Shown: positions 18,195-29,251, numbered from the stretch's first letter. The stretch: DNA of 64,000 bases from Patescibacteria group bacterium (GCA_040389125.1 JAZKAN010000001.1:47398-111397); one strand, 5' to 3'. The notes: a model not told the origin generated them from the sequence alone. Translations and numbers: made by a program.

Positions 18195-20060
18195 ATGTGT
18201 GGAATTGCCGGAACAATCGGGTTTAGCACCGAAAATAAAGAAAAAATAATAGGGGATATGGTCTCTGCCATTATTCATCGCGGACCGGATCAGGACGGAT
18301 TTTTTGTAGACGATTTTGTAGGTCTCGGTATGCGGCGACTTTCTATTATTGATATTTCAACTGGCAAACAACCGATTACGTCTCGTGACGGCAAACGCAT
18401 GATTTTTTTCAATGGTGAAATTTATAACTACTTGGAACTACATGATGAACTCGCAAAAAAGGGGGTTGGGTTCAAAACCAAATCCGATACAGAGGTAATC
18501 CTACATATGTACGAGGAGTATGGTGAGAAAATGCTTACACGACTCCGTGGCATGTTTGCGTTTTGTATTTACGATACCGAAAAACAAACTATTTTTATTG
18601 CACGAGATTTTTTTGGAATCAAGCCACTGTACTACATGATGCATGATGAGAAAGTACTTGGATTTTCATCTGAAATAAAAAGTTTTTTGTCATATCCAGA
18701 TTTTAAACCAGTAGTAAACGACAGTGCGGTCTACAACTACTTGTCATTTCAGTACAATCCACTTACTGAAACATTTTTCCAGGGAGTCTACAAACTACTA
18801 CCCGCTCACTATATGAAAATAGATGCTGTCACTGGGGTGGCTGACATTCAAAAATACTGGCAGTTTGAATTCAATCAAAATGAAAAACTTGATAAAAAAG
18901 GAACCGAACAAAAAGTATATAAAACAGTAAAGGATTCTGTTGCACATCATATGATTGCCGATGTACCTGTTGGCTCATTTCTCTCGGGTGGAGTAGACAG
19001 TAGTATTATCGCAACCCTCATGCAAGAGATTCGTGGCGAGAAAAAAATCAAAACATTTACTGTTGGATTTGAATCGCTTTCAGAGGGAATCGAGTCAAAA
19101 GAAACATCGGAATTTTTAGGTACTGACCACACCGAAATCACCGTTAGTTCAAAACAGTATTTTAACGCATTACCCGATGCGGTTTGGCATTTTGACGAAC
19201 CCGTAGCCGATCCGTCTGCAATTGGGCTGTATTTTGTGGCCCAGGAAGCCCGTAAACACGTTACAGTAGTACTTTCAGGAGAAGGTGCTGATGAGCTCTT
19301 TGGAGGATACAATATCTACCTCGAGCCTTTTGCGAGGGCTAAAATCGTATGGATTCCGAGAATTATCCTCAGAGTTGCCTCTCGAGTTGCGGACATTCTG
19401 CCCGACAAATTTTGGGGCAAAAATTATGTCCAAAAAGCAAGCATGCAACTAGAGGAATGGTATATCGGTAATGCTTCTATTTTTAAGAAAAATGAAATTA
19501 GCAAACTCTGGAAAGAAAAATCGAAGCATCTAGAATCCCTTCATCCGTTGTATTCTCAGATTGGAAAACTGAGTGAATCGACACAGATGCAGTACATAGA
19601 TATTCACACGTGGCTTGTGGGAGATATTTTGGCAAAAGCCGACAAAATGACTATGGCACATTCACTTGAACTTCGCGTACCATTTCTAGATATTGAAATC
19701 GCTAAACTCGCAAGCACAATTCCCGATAAACTCAAATGGCCTCAGGGAAACATGGGCGCAACAAAATACATTTTGCGTGAAGCATTTAAAAAAGTAATTC
19801 CAGAGAGTACTCGAAACAGAAAAAAACTTGGATTTCCGACTCCAGTGCGTAATTGGTTTACTACCGAGCGACAGAAAGAATATGACACGATCCTTCACAA
19901 CGAATATATAAAATCGCATATGAATGTAAGTGAAATTCAAAAATTAATTGACGATCATGTATCAAAGAGGGTAGATAACTCTCGAAAAATTTACCTTCTC
20001 CTGCTGCTTGCACTATGGTACGATATCTTTATTCTAAATAAAAAACCACATCATGATTAA
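18195..20060 (+). CDS. asnB: Asparagine synthetase B-type glutamine amidotransferase
   Basis: Begins MCGIAG (Ntn Cys2) and has the PP-loop SGGVDSS. TATACT lies 6 nt before ATG 18195. The 3' end overlaps mraY by 8 nt. Confidence 0.88.
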   Translation: MCGIAGTIGFSTENKEKIIGDMVSAIIHRGPDQDGFFVDDFVGLGMRRLSIIDISTGKQPITSRDGKRMIFFNGEIYNYLELHDELAKKGVGFKTKSDTEVILHMYEEYGEKMLTRLRGMFAFCIYDTEKQTIFIARDFFGIKPLYYMMHDEKVLGFSSEIKSFLSYPDFKPVVNDSAVYNYLSFQYNPLTETFFQGVYKLLPAHYMKIDAVTGVADIQKYWQFEFNQNEKLDKKGTEQKVYKTVKDSVAHHMIADVPVGSFLSGGVDSSIIATLMQEIRGEKKIKTFTVGFESLSEGIESKETSEFLGTDHTEITVSSKQYFNALPDAVWHFDEPVADPSAIGLYFVAQEARKHVTVVLSGEGADELFGGYNIYLEPFARAKIVWIPRIILRVASRVADILPDKFWGKNYVQKASMQLEEWYIGNASIFKKNEISKLWKEKSKHLESLHPLYSQIGKLSESTQMQYIDIHTWLVGDILAKADKMTMAHSLELRVPFLDIEIAKLASTIPDKLKWPQGNMGATKYILREAFKKVIPESTRNRKKLGFPTPVRNWFTTERQKEYDTILHNEYIKSHMNVSEIQKLIDDHVSKRVDNSRKIYLLLLLALWYDIFILNKKPHHD

Positions 20061-21108
20061 TGTCCTCAAAGTCGTCATACCATCTGTCCTCACCTTTTTT
20101 ATTGGAATTGGTATTACGCCATTTTTCACCCACTACTTTTTCAAATATAAAATGTGGAAGAAAAATCCTCGCACCGAAGCTGGGGATATCACTACTCCTG
20201 ATTTTGCAAAAGTCCACAACACTGCAGGCGAGCTTTCAACTCCGCGCGTAGGAGGAGTAATCATTTGGGTATCTGTAATTCTAACTGTCACAGTTATCTA
20301 TCTAGTTTCTCTTGTATTTCCAACTGACCTCATGACAAAACTGAACTTTTTCAGCAGAAGTCAGACACTCATCCCACTCGGAGCACTTATTCTCGCATCG
20401 CTCATTGGTCTCATTGATGACATACTACAAATAATAGGAAAGGGAAGTTACGCGCGAGATAGTATTGTATATAGACGTGTCAAAATCGCTGCAATCAGTG
20501 TGATAGGTTTTGGGATTGCATATTGGTTTTATTTCAAGCTAGCAATGACTACGATTCATGTGCCGTTTTGGTACAGTATTGATCTTGGCTGGATGTTCAT
20601 TCCATTTTTTATCATCATTATGATTAGTGTGTTTTCAACCAGCGTTATTGATGGTATCGACGGTCTGTCAGGCGGGGTAATGGCCACAATTTTTACTGCA
20701 TACTCTGTGATTGCATTTGTCCACAACCAGATCGATATTTCTGCTTTCTGTGCTGTGATCGCCGGTGGTACATTGGCATTCCTCTGGTTCAATGTTCCTC
20801 CCGCACGGTTCTATATGGGTGAAACGGGAATCCTCGGTCTGACCGTAACGCTTTCGGTTATTGCATTCCTAACAGACACCGTATTTGTCCTTCCGATTAT
20901 TGCGTTTCCACTTGTTATCACATCACTTTCGGTTGTTATCCAAATGATTTCATACAAACGCTTCAACAAACACCGCGTATTTCGAGTCGCTCCACTACAT
21001 CATCACTTCGAGGCAATCGGCTGGTCACGCGAAAAAGTCGTCATGCGATACTGGATTGTCAGTGTTGTATTCGCGATTATTGGCGTTATCATTGCACTTG
21101 TGAGTTAA
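20053..21108 (+). CDS. mraY: Phospho-N-acetylmuramoyl-pentapeptide transferase
   Basis: About 10 TM segments. Contains the DDxxQ-like IGLIDDILQI, NVIDGIDGL-like VIDGIDGLSGG, and APLHHHFE. Confidence 0.9.
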   Translation: MINVLKVVIPSVLTFFIGIGITPFFTHYFFKYKMWKKNPRTEAGDITTPDFAKVHNTAGELSTPRVGGVIIWVSVILTVTVIYLVSLVFPTDLMTKLNFFSRSQTLIPLGALILASLIGLIDDILQIIGKGSYARDSIVYRRVKIAAISVIGFGIAYWFYFKLAMTTIHVPFWYSIDLGWMFIPFFIIIMISVFSTSVIDGIDGLSGGVMATIFTAYSVIAFVHNQIDISAFCAVIAGGTLAFLWFNVPPARFYMGETGILGLTVTLSVIAFLTDTVFVLPIIAFPLVITSLSVVIQMISYKRFNKHRVFRVAPLHHHFEAIGWSREKVVMRYWIVSVVFAIIGVIIALVS

Positions 21109-21110
21109 TA

Positions 21111-21893
21111 ATGTTAATTATGTATCAACAAATTATTGACAAAATAATTAAGCTTGGTGATTCTCTTCCATCACTCGCTGGTGATATTGCTGATATTGGA
21201 AAAAATAAGCAGTGGCTAACGAAAAAGGATATTGAAATAGAAACTGAATTGAAGAAATTAATATCTACATTTTCAGGAAATCATTCTGTGTATGCAGAGG
21301 AGCTGAACGATGTATTTGTTAAAAATGAAAACGTTTGGATCATTGATCCGATTAGCAACACGATTAATTTCATACATGGTTTGCCTCATTACTCAGTTGT
21401 ATTAAGTCATCTCTATCAGGGAGAAGTGTTGTTTTCGGTCGTCTATGACCCAAGTAACAAGGAATTGTTTACTGCAGAAAAAGGTAAGGGCACATTTCTA
21501 AATGGTAATTCAGTAAAAGTTTCCAATAGAACTAAGGATTTTATCTTCTTGGGTCCGGGTCTCATGCTTCCAGAGCCCTTAAACGAACGTGCACTCAAAA
21601 TACTCTCTCTAATATCGACTCAGGGTAGCGTGAGAATTCTGGGCTCTCTTGGTGTGCATTATGCATACGTTGCATGCGGAAGGGCAGATGTTGCAATCTC
21701 ATTTAACAAGGATACATTTCCAGAATTTGCGGGAAAACTACTCGTAGAAGAAGCGGGTGGAAAATTTACAGATTTCCACGATAAACCACTAACACCAACT
21801 ACATATGGAGTAATTGCAACTAGTGGAACTACGGTACACAATGAAATGAGAAATTTACTCTCTGATTACTTAATATCTTCTAGAATTGAGTAA
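21111..21893 (+). CDS. Inositol monophosphatase family protein (host-like GC)
   Basis: AEE, WIIDPISNT (DPxD-like) and EEAGG motifs of the IMPase/FBPase superfamily. Confidence 0.75.
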   Translation: MLIMYQQIIDKIIKLGDSLPSLAGDIADIGKNKQWLTKKDIEIETELKKLISTFSGNHSVYAEELNDVFVKNENVWIIDPISNTINFIHGLPHYSVVLSHLYQGEVLFSVVYDPSNKELFTAEKGKGTFLNGNSVKVSNRTKDFIFLGPGLMLPEPLNERALKILSLISTQGSVRILGSLGVHYAYVACGRADVAISFNKDTFPEFAGKLLVEEAGGKFTDFHDKPLTPTTYGVIATSGTTVHNEMRNLLSDYLISSRIE

Positions 21894-21920
21894 AAAAATA
21901 AAGTTTTAAATACTGTATCT

Positions 21921-22703
21921 ATGGAATTTATAAAAGATTTTATATCATTTGTAAAAAAAGAAATCCGAGTTGCTCTTTTTGCAGGCTCTTTTTTACTTTT
22001 GCTATTTGTATCTGCATATATCCATATTCCTGGTTTATATAGGTACGATTTTCTTTTTATAGCAGCAATTCTCATTCAAATTTTGATGATTGTTTTCAAA
22101 CTAGAAACAAAAGATGAGGCCAAAACTATTTTCTTATTTCACATTATTGGTCTAGTACTCGAAATATACAAAACAAATCCGCATATCGGTTCGTGGTCAT
22201 ATCCAGAAATGGGATATCTAAAGGTATTCAATGTACCTCTGTATAGTGGCTTCATGTACGCATCCATCGGAAGCTATATCGCTGGTGCCTGGAAGGGTTT
22301 GAAATTGAAGCTTGTACACTATCCCAAACAAATCTATAGCGTAATTCTGTGTGTATTAATATATTTAAATTTTTTTACAAACCATTTTATATATGACTAC
22401 AGAATATTCTTACTCATTGCAATTTTTATTCTATATTTTAAAGTGAAAATAGAGTTTACTCCAAGAATTCGGACATATAGCATGCCACTTGTTCTTGGTT
22501 TTACTCTCACTGCCTTTTTTGTGTGGGTTGCAGAAAATGTAGGCACATTTTATGGTGCGTGGCTGTATCCATACCAGGTGCACGTCTGGCATGTGGTCTC
22601 ATTTCAAAAAATTACATCATGGTTTCTGATGGTAATCATCTGTTTTATCATCGTGACTTACTTAAAACACATAAAGGAACAAAGATTGATTCCAGAAAAC
22701 TAG
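21921..22703 (+). CDS. Polytopic integral membrane protein (possibly DUF817-like)
   Basis: About 7 hydrophobic segments. The family guess is from size and shape only. Confidence 0.5.
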   Translation: MEFIKDFISFVKKEIRVALFAGSFLLLLFVSAYIHIPGLYRYDFLFIAAILIQILMIVFKLETKDEAKTIFLFHIIGLVLEIYKTNPHIGSWSYPEMGYLKVFNVPLYSGFMYASIGSYIAGAWKGLKLKLVHYPKQIYSVILCVLIYLNFFTNHFIYDYRIFLLIAIFILYFKVKIEFTPRIRTYSMPLVLGFTLTAFFVWVAENVGTFYGAWLYPYQVHVWHVVSFQKITSWFLMVIICFIIVTYLKHIKEQRLIPEN

Positions 22704-22767
22704 AGTTCTAGTATCTAAAGTGGTAGAATAATAAAGAATTACGTGTTCTGCGTGAGGCATTTTTAAT

Positions 22768-23871
22768 ATGAAAAAAATCAAAGTTGACATACCTTTTCTG
22801 ATAGCAACCGGCATACTTGTTGTCGCGGGTTTTTTGATTTTTTATTCTGCATCATTTGGGCTACTTTCAACCCAAAGTGCCAAATATAGTAGTGTGCGAT
22901 TCAATCAAATAGTGTTTGGGCTCATACTAGGGCTCATTGCGTGTTATACGACAGCACATATTGACTACAGAATTTATAAAAAATATGCATTTATTTTTTA
23001 CATACTGTCAGCCATAGCCACACTCCTTGTTTTTGCACCAGTTATAGGCGTTGCACATGGTGGTGCGCACCGCTGGATTTATATTGGACCCTTGTCATTT
23101 CAACCATCCGAACTTTTGAAAATCGGATTTATTATGTACTTTTCAGCATGGATTGCGAGTGTCAAAGATAAAGTACAAACATTTAAATACGGATTTCTTC
23201 CGTTTTTGATTTTGACTGCAATTACGAGCATAATTCTCCTTGCACAGCCAGATACGGATACATTACTTATTACAATTTTTGCCGGTCTCGCAATATTTAT
23301 AGCGGGAGGTGGAAGATGGAAATACGTATTCTTGCTCGGTGTAGTAGGTATTGTTGGCCTTGCGATTATTGCCTTTACACGTCCCTATGTTATGAGTCGC
23401 ATCATGACATTTGCACATCCAAACAATAACGCGCTTGGAAGTGGGTACCAGATTCAGCAATCACTCATTGCGATAGGATCGGGTGGGTTTGCGGGTAGGG
23501 GATTTGGGCAAAGTATACAAAAATTTAACTATTTACCTGAGCCAATAGGAGATTCTATATTTGCTGTGGCTGGAGAGGAATTTGGTTTTATCGGAGGTGC
23601 TTCAATTATATTTTTGTTTGTATTTTTTGCTTTTCGTGGACTGAAAATTTCAAATAGAGTACCTGATACATTTGGTAGACTTATGGTCGTTGGAATTGTT
23701 ATACTTATTGTATCGCAAGCATTTGTAAATATGGGTGCAATGGTGGGAGTGTTGCCACTATCAGGTATTACACTGCCCTTTGTAAGTCATGGAGGAACTG
23801 CACTGTTTATGACCTTGGCCGAGGTAGGTATTATTCTCAATATTTCCAAATTTAGAAAGAAAACAACATGA
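22768..23871 (+). CDS. ftsW: SEDS-family peptidoglycan glycosyltransferase FtsW/RodA
   Basis: 10-TM profile, a conserved C-terminal GITLPFVSHGGTALF block, and a 4-nt overlap with murG. Confidence 0.88.
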   Translation: MKKIKVDIPFLIATGILVVAGFLIFYSASFGLLSTQSAKYSSVRFNQIVFGLILGLIACYTTAHIDYRIYKKYAFIFYILSAIATLLVFAPVIGVAHGGAHRWIYIGPLSFQPSELLKIGFIMYFSAWIASVKDKVQTFKYGFLPFLILTAITSIILLAQPDTDTLLITIFAGLAIFIAGGGRWKYVFLLGVVGIVGLAIIAFTRPYVMSRIMTFAHPNNNALGSGYQIQQSLIAIGSGGFAGRGFGQSIQKFNYLPEPIGDSIFAVAGEEFGFIGGASIIFLFVFFAFRGLKISNRVPDTFGRLMVVGIVILIVSQAFVNMGAMVGVLPLSGITLPFVSHGGTALFMTLAEVGIILNISKFRKKTT

Positions 23872-25007
23872 AAATACTTTTTACAGGTGGCGGAACAGGG
23901 GGGCATTTTTACCCAATTATTGCTATTGCAGAAGAAATCAATCTAATGGTCAAAGAAAACCACCTCCTGCGACCGGAACTCTACTATATGTCTAATGATC
24001 CATACAATGATGGATTATTATTTCAAAACAATATTGAATTTAAAAAAGTGGGTAGTGGTAAAATTCGAAAACAAAAATCTATAGAAAATTTAGTCAAAAA
24101 TTTTTTTGATTTATTTAAAATATTTTTCGGATCACTTCACGCACTATGGACGCTTTTTATTATGTATCCAGATGTAGTGTTCGGCAAGGGTGGGTATGCT
24201 AGTTTTCCGGCATTGTTTGCAGCACGAATTCTTGGGATTCCAGTTATAATACATGAGTCAGATAGCAAACCAGGCAAAGTAAGCAGTTGGGCAGGGAAAT
24301 TTGCACAACGCATAGCTCTTTCATATCCAGATGCAGGCCAGTATTTTCCAAAAGATAGAATTGCATATACTGGAAATCCAATCAGACATGATGTTCGTGA
24401 AAGTCTGTCAGTAGGTGCACATGAATATTTAAACCTAGATCCAACAATTCCAACTATTTTAATCCTAGGTGGATCACAGGGCGCACAGACAATCAACGAA
24501 ATTATTATGGATATACTTCCAGATCTCGTTTCTAAATACCAGGTAATTCATCAGACCGGCAAGAAAAATATAAAAGTGATAACCGAAACTAGAGAGGTAG
24601 TTCTCCTGGGTAATTCAAATAAAAAAAGATATAGACCATATGAGTATCTAAATGTTTTAGAATTACGTATGTCTGCAGGTGTCGCTGATGTTATTATTTC
24701 TCGTGCGGGTTCAACAATATTTGAGATTGCAAGCTGGGGCAAAGCTTCTATTATTATTCCGATTCCAGAGCCAACATCACACGACCAGCGTAGCAATGCA
24801 TATGCATACGCTCGTTCTGGTGGAGCAGTGGTTATAGAAGAAAAAAATCTTTCTCCGCACGTGCTTTTGGCAGAGATTAACCGAATTGTTGACAATCCAG
24901 CAGAAAAGGAGAAAATGGAAAAATCAGCCAAGGCATTTGCTCGTACGGACTCTGCGCGACTCATTGCCGAGCAACTGCTTGCGATTGGACTTGAACACGA
25001 AAAATAA
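23868..25007 (+). CDS. murG: UDP-GlcNAc:lipid I N-acetylglucosaminyltransferase
   Basis: N-terminal GGGTGGHFYPIIAIA, C-terminal SRAGSTIFEIA, and context after ftsW. Confidence 0.9.
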   Translation: MKILFTGGGTGGHFYPIIAIAEEINLMVKENHLLRPELYYMSNDPYNDGLLFQNNIEFKKVGSGKIRKQKSIENLVKNFFDLFKIFFGSLHALWTLFIMYPDVVFGKGGYASFPALFAARILGIPVIIHESDSKPGKVSSWAGKFAQRIALSYPDAGQYFPKDRIAYTGNPIRHDVRESLSVGAHEYLNLDPTIPTILILGGSQGAQTINEIIMDILPDLVSKYQVIHQTGKKNIKVITETREVVLLGNSNKKRYRPYEYLNVLELRMSAGVADVIISRAGSTIFEIASWGKASIIIPIPEPTSHDQRSNAYAYARSGGAVVIEEKNLSPHVLLAEINRIVDNPAEKEKMEKSAKAFARTDSARLIAEQLLAIGLEHEK

Positions 25008-25008
25008 C

Positions 25009-26496
25009 ATGGTAGACACCGCTCATGACAAAAAAATAGTCACGCGTTTTGCACCGTCACCCACGGGCTTTATGCATGTTGGTAACCTGCGTACGGGACT
25101 TTTTGCATGGCTGTGGGCACGAAAAAATAATGGAACTTTTATACTACGTATTGAAGACACCGATAAAAAAAGAGAAGTGGAAGGATCACTGGAACATATA
25201 AAAAAATCATTACGCTGGATTGGTATGAATTGGGATGAGGGCCCGGATATAGATGGTCCACATGCACCATATATTCAGTCTGAAAGAATATCAAAACTTC
25301 ACATCTACCAAAAATATGCAGAAAAACTAATAGAAAAAGGTTTTGCCTATGCCGATCCAAGCACGGAAGAGGAAATCGACAAATTACGAAAACTGGCAGA
25401 GGCAGAGAAACGTCCTTTTTTGTACCGTGAACATCGTCCGGAAAATCCTATCGCATGGCAAGAAGGAATTCCACTCCGTTTTAAAATCTCTGAACTGAAA
25501 CGTACTGTCTGGCACGATGCCGTACGAGGTGAGTTGTCCGCAGGTCCCGAAGCCCTCGATGATTTTATTTTGATAAAAAGTGACGGATATCCAACGTACA
25601 ATTTTGCACATATTGTTGATGATATTGAAATGAATGTGACACACGTTGTACGTGGACAGGAATTTATTTCTTCAACTCCTAATTATATTGCTGTATATGA
25701 AGCACTAGGAGCAACACAGCCACTATATGTTACAGCCCCGCCGATTATGGGGGAGGAGGGGAATAAAAAAATGGGAAAACGAGACGGTGCAAAAGATGTA
25801 CTCGAGTACGAAAAGGAAGGATATTTACCAGAAACGATGCTTAATTTTCTTGCATTTCTCGGGTGGAATCCGGGTGGTGAAAAAGAAGTGTTTACCGTCG
25901 AGGAACTTATCCACGCTTTTGATATTTCCAAAATTCAGAAATCTGGAGCGCAATTCAACGAGGAAAAATTGGACTGGCTCAATAAAGAGCATATGAAACG
26001 TATGCCAGAAAGCAAACGAAACGAGGAAATCACCCTGCGTTTAAAAATGAATTATGAAAATCAATATTCTGACAAATTTACTGATACACAGTTTTTGGTA
26101 CGACTCCTCCCAACTATTTTTGACCGAATATCCAAATGGGGTGACATTGATACATTAGTTGCTGAAAAGGAACTAGACTATTTCTTTGCACAGCCAGATT
26201 GCAGAGCGGAAAAACTAATTTGGAAGGATTCCAACCAGGAAGATGCCGCCAAACATCTTGCATATGTTTCTACTATCTTAGAAAATGCACCAGAAGATGC
26301 ATTTGAGAGCGTAGAGAAAATAAAACCCCTCATTTTTGACTATGCTACAGAACACGGGAGAGGTAATGTCCTATGGCCTCTTCGCGTCTCATTATCAGGT
26401 AGGGACAAAAGTCCTGACCCGTTTACACTTATATATATTCTCGGCAAGGATGAGACGCTCGGACGGATTGCTGGCGCGATTCAAAAGCTTTCATAA
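25009..26496 (+). CDS. gltX: Glutamyl-tRNA synthetase
   Basis: RFAPSPTGFMHVGNLRT (HIGH region) and KMGKRDG (KMSKS variant). The ATG at 25009 directly follows the murG stop. The upstream 41 codons of the track ORF overlap murG and were discarded. Confidence 0.9.
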   Translation: MVDTAHDKKIVTRFAPSPTGFMHVGNLRTGLFAWLWARKNNGTFILRIEDTDKKREVEGSLEHIKKSLRWIGMNWDEGPDIDGPHAPYIQSERISKLHIYQKYAEKLIEKGFAYADPSTEEEIDKLRKLAEAEKRPFLYREHRPENPIAWQEGIPLRFKISELKRTVWHDAVRGELSAGPEALDDFILIKSDGYPTYNFAHIVDDIEMNVTHVVRGQEFISSTPNYIAVYEALGATQPLYVTAPPIMGEEGNKKMGKRDGAKDVLEYEKEGYLPETMLNFLAFLGWNPGGEKEVFTVEELIHAFDISKIQKSGAQFNEEKLDWLNKEHMKRMPESKRNEEITLRLKMNYENQYSDKFTDTQFLVRLLPTIFDRISKWGDIDTLVAEKELDYFFAQPDCRAEKLIWKDSNQEDAAKHLAYVSTILENAPEDAFESVEKIKPLIFDYATEHGRGNVLWPLRVSLSGRDKSPDPFTLIYILGKDETLGRIAGAIQKLS

Positions 26497-26512
26497 AAAC
26501 TTTACAATACTA

Positions 26513-27787
26513 ATGCGATCAAAAATTTTATATTTATTTTTGGTATCTCTGCTTGTTTTACCTAGTACAATTTCAATTGTTTTTGCTGATACTGCATCTG
26601 AACTTCAACAGAAAATTGACGACCGAAATGCCAAGATTAAACAACTTGAGCAGGAAATAACACAGTACAACCAAAAAGTAACCGAGGTCGGTACGCAAGC
26701 AAAAACACTTCAGAGTACGATCAAGGTTCTCGATCTGACACAGAAAAAAATCTCTTCTGATATTTCGTTGACCCAGCAGAAAATTACAAAAACCGATCTG
26801 ACCATCGAACAACTTGGTGATCAAATAGACGATACCGCACAAAAAATACAGGATAATAAAGATGCTATTGCACATATCCTCCGAAGCACACAGGTTGCAG
26901 AAGATACAAATCCAGTTGCACTTATTCTCGCGGCTCATACCGTGAGCGAAATGTGGGATAATGTCGAAACCATGCGTCAGGTGCAATCCAAAGTCAAAGC
27001 AAAATCTGACGAACTGCGTGGACTTAAAATTGATCTGGAGGACAAACAATCAAAAGTTAGTGATCAGAAAAACCAGCTTGTTGATTTAAAACAGGATTTA
27101 TCGGGCAAAAAAAGTGCTGTTGAATCAACAAAACAGGAGCAGGCAAATCTGCTCGCTCAAACCAAAAAAAGTGAGGCTGCATACAAAACTTTGATTAAAA
27201 CAACAGAGGCACAGAAGGCACAATTTGAAAAAGAAGTGTTTGATTATGAGTCTCAACTCCACTTGAGTATTGATAAAAATGGATACCCAACAGGCGCACA
27301 CGGCATTTTATCTTGGCCGCTAGACAAAGTTATCATCACACAAAAGTTTGGTAAAACAGTAGGTGCAGAGAAACTCTACACATCAGGCTCGCACAATGGT
27401 GTGGATTTTGGCGCCTCCATTGGTACACGTGTTAAAAATGTTCTCTCTGGTGTTGTTGTCGGTACAGGAAATACCGATCAATACCCCGGTTGCTATTCGT
27501 TTGGTAAATGGGTCATGGTCAAACACGAAAACGGCCTCTCTACGATTTACGGACACTTGTCTGTGATAAGCACCACAGTTGGACAGAAACTCGATACCGG
27601 CGATTTAATTGGGTTTAGTGGCAATACAGGCTATTCTACGGGCCCACACTTACACATCAGCGTATATGCGACTCAGGGTGTACGTATCGAACAATTTGTA
27701 AACAGCAAAGGCTGTAAACAAGCAACTATTCCACTTGCCGATGTCAAAGCGTATCTTGATCCACTTGCATATTTCCCCAGTTTATAA
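26513..27787 (+). CDS. Secreted coiled-coil M23 (LytM) peptidase, EnvC-like
   Basis: Signal peptide MRSKILYLFLVSLLVLPSTISIVFA, a long heptad-rich region, and M23 motifs HNGVDFGA and GPHLHISV. Confidence 0.85.
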   Translation: MRSKILYLFLVSLLVLPSTISIVFADTASELQQKIDDRNAKIKQLEQEITQYNQKVTEVGTQAKTLQSTIKVLDLTQKKISSDISLTQQKITKTDLTIEQLGDQIDDTAQKIQDNKDAIAHILRSTQVAEDTNPVALILAAHTVSEMWDNVETMRQVQSKVKAKSDELRGLKIDLEDKQSKVSDQKNQLVDLKQDLSGKKSAVESTKQEQANLLAQTKKSEAAYKTLIKTTEAQKAQFEKEVFDYESQLHLSIDKNGYPTGAHGILSWPLDKVIITQKFGKTVGAEKLYTSGSHNGVDFGASIGTRVKNVLSGVVVGTGNTDQYPGCYSFGKWVMVKHENGLSTIYGHLSVISTTVGQKLDTGDLIGFSGNTGYSTGPHLHISVYATQGVRIEQFVNSKGCKQATIPLADVKAYLDPLAYFPSL

Positions 27788-27833
27788 AACATTTAGTTTC
27801 CTATTTGTAATAGTTAGACTATAATATATCTAC

Positions 27834-28331
27834 ATGTTTTCCCATTTTCTCACATCACTTAAAACAAATGGATCGCTCACAACAGATCTCATCGTACTTG
27901 GTATTATTCTCCTCATTTTCTTTTTTTACGGAATTTATTTTGGCAAAAATAGACTAATTTCACTCATTGTATCGTTTTATCCCGCAATGTTTTTATACGG
28001 AATATTTCCATTTGCGACAAAATTAATGATTCTGCATGGTGGAAATCTCATACTTCTGAACAAAATCCTCATCTTCCTGATTTTCCTCATTCCACTTGAT
28101 ATTATTATTGCTCGTTTTGTTTCTGTGGATTCTGGCTATGGAGGAGCCGAACATTATCTTCGGATTGGAGTTTCTGCACTTATTCTCGTAGCACTCACTC
28201 TCATTTTTACATATTCAGTTATTAGTTTTGATTCACTGTACAATTTTTCATCGCACATAGACGCATTATTTACCTCGACACGGATATTCTGGTGGTATAT
28301 TGCACCATTTGCAATCCTATTTTTCCTATAA
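27834..28331 (+). CDS. Small polytopic membrane protein (CvpA-like by shape only)
   Basis: Four to five hydrophobic segments. TAATAT lies 6 nt (or TATAAT 8 nt) before the ATG. Confidence 0.5.
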   Translation: MFSHFLTSLKTNGSLTTDLIVLGIILLIFFFYGIYFGKNRLISLIVSFYPAMFLYGIFPFATKLMILHGGNLILLNKILIFLIFLIPLDIIIARFVSVDSGYGGAEHYLRIGVSALILVALTLIFTYSVISFDSLYNFSSHIDALFTSTRIFWWYIAPFAILFFL

Positions 28332-28401
28332 ACTTCAGATGTTGTAATGTACGTTTTATAGTATAATAAATGACATCATTTATTCATAATTTATTGTAAC
28401 A

Positions 28402-29133
28402 ATGCATAACGAAACAGAACACGAGAAACCGACCCATTATTCAGTTAATGGAAAAAATCTACAGTCATTCGCATACCTTATTAGTGCGAGTGTACTCATA
28501 AGTGCATTATTAATTTCAGGTACACTTTTTTACACCTTGAAATCTGGTGTAGGTACTGCTTCAGCCGGAACTGCAGGTGCAGCCGCAGCAAAACCAGTAG
28601 CTCTCGCTGTAAAACCAAATACGCCATTTATTGGAGGTGCGGATGCCAAAGTCACAGTAGTTGAATACGCAGACTACCGATGTCCATTCTGTGAACGCTG
28701 GTATACATCTGTGATGCCTGAACTCAAAACCAAATACATCGACTCTGGCAAAATCAAGTTTATATACCAGGACTTTGCATTCCTCGGGCCGGATTCGAAC
28801 TCTGCCGCAGAGGCAAGTCACTGTGCAGCTGATCAGAATATGTTCTGGCAGTACCACGACTATCTCTTTGGTCATCAGGGTGACGAGAGTGGTCACTGGG
28901 CATCAGTACCGAACCTGAAACAGTTTGCAAGTACACTTGGACTCAACACTACACAGTTCAATACCTGCCTGGATAGCGGTAAATACAAGCAAGAAGTACT
29001 CGATGAGACCGCTGCTGGCAAGAAATATGGTGTTACAGGCACTCCAACAGTATTTGTGAACGGCGTACCGATAGTCGGCGCTCAACCACTACAGACATTT
29101 GTAGATGCAATCGACGCTGCACTCAAAAAGTAG
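28402..29133 (+). CDS. DsbA-family thiol:disulfide oxidoreductase, membrane anchored
   Basis: N-terminal TM, thioredoxin-fold CPFC active site, and a GTPTVFVNG cis-Pro loop region. Confidence 0.8.
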   Translation: MHNETEHEKPTHYSVNGKNLQSFAYLISASVLISALLISGTLFYTLKSGVGTASAGTAGAAAAKPVALAVKPNTPFIGGADAKVTVVEYADYRCPFCERWYTSVMPELKTKYIDSGKIKFIYQDFAFLGPDSNSAAEASHCAADQNMFWQYHDYLFGHQGDESGHWASVPNLKQFASTLGLNTTQFNTCLDSGKYKQEVLDETAAGKKYGVTGTPTVFVNGVPIVGAQPLQTFVDAIDAALKK

Positions 29134-29251
29134 GAGTTACGAGAATTTGATTGATTAAACCTCAATTTTACTGTCTGGTAAATTTTGGAATTTAACCGCT
29201 CAGTATAGCCACTTTTTACCCTTTTCAGACCCCAATTTTCGTGGTATTGTC

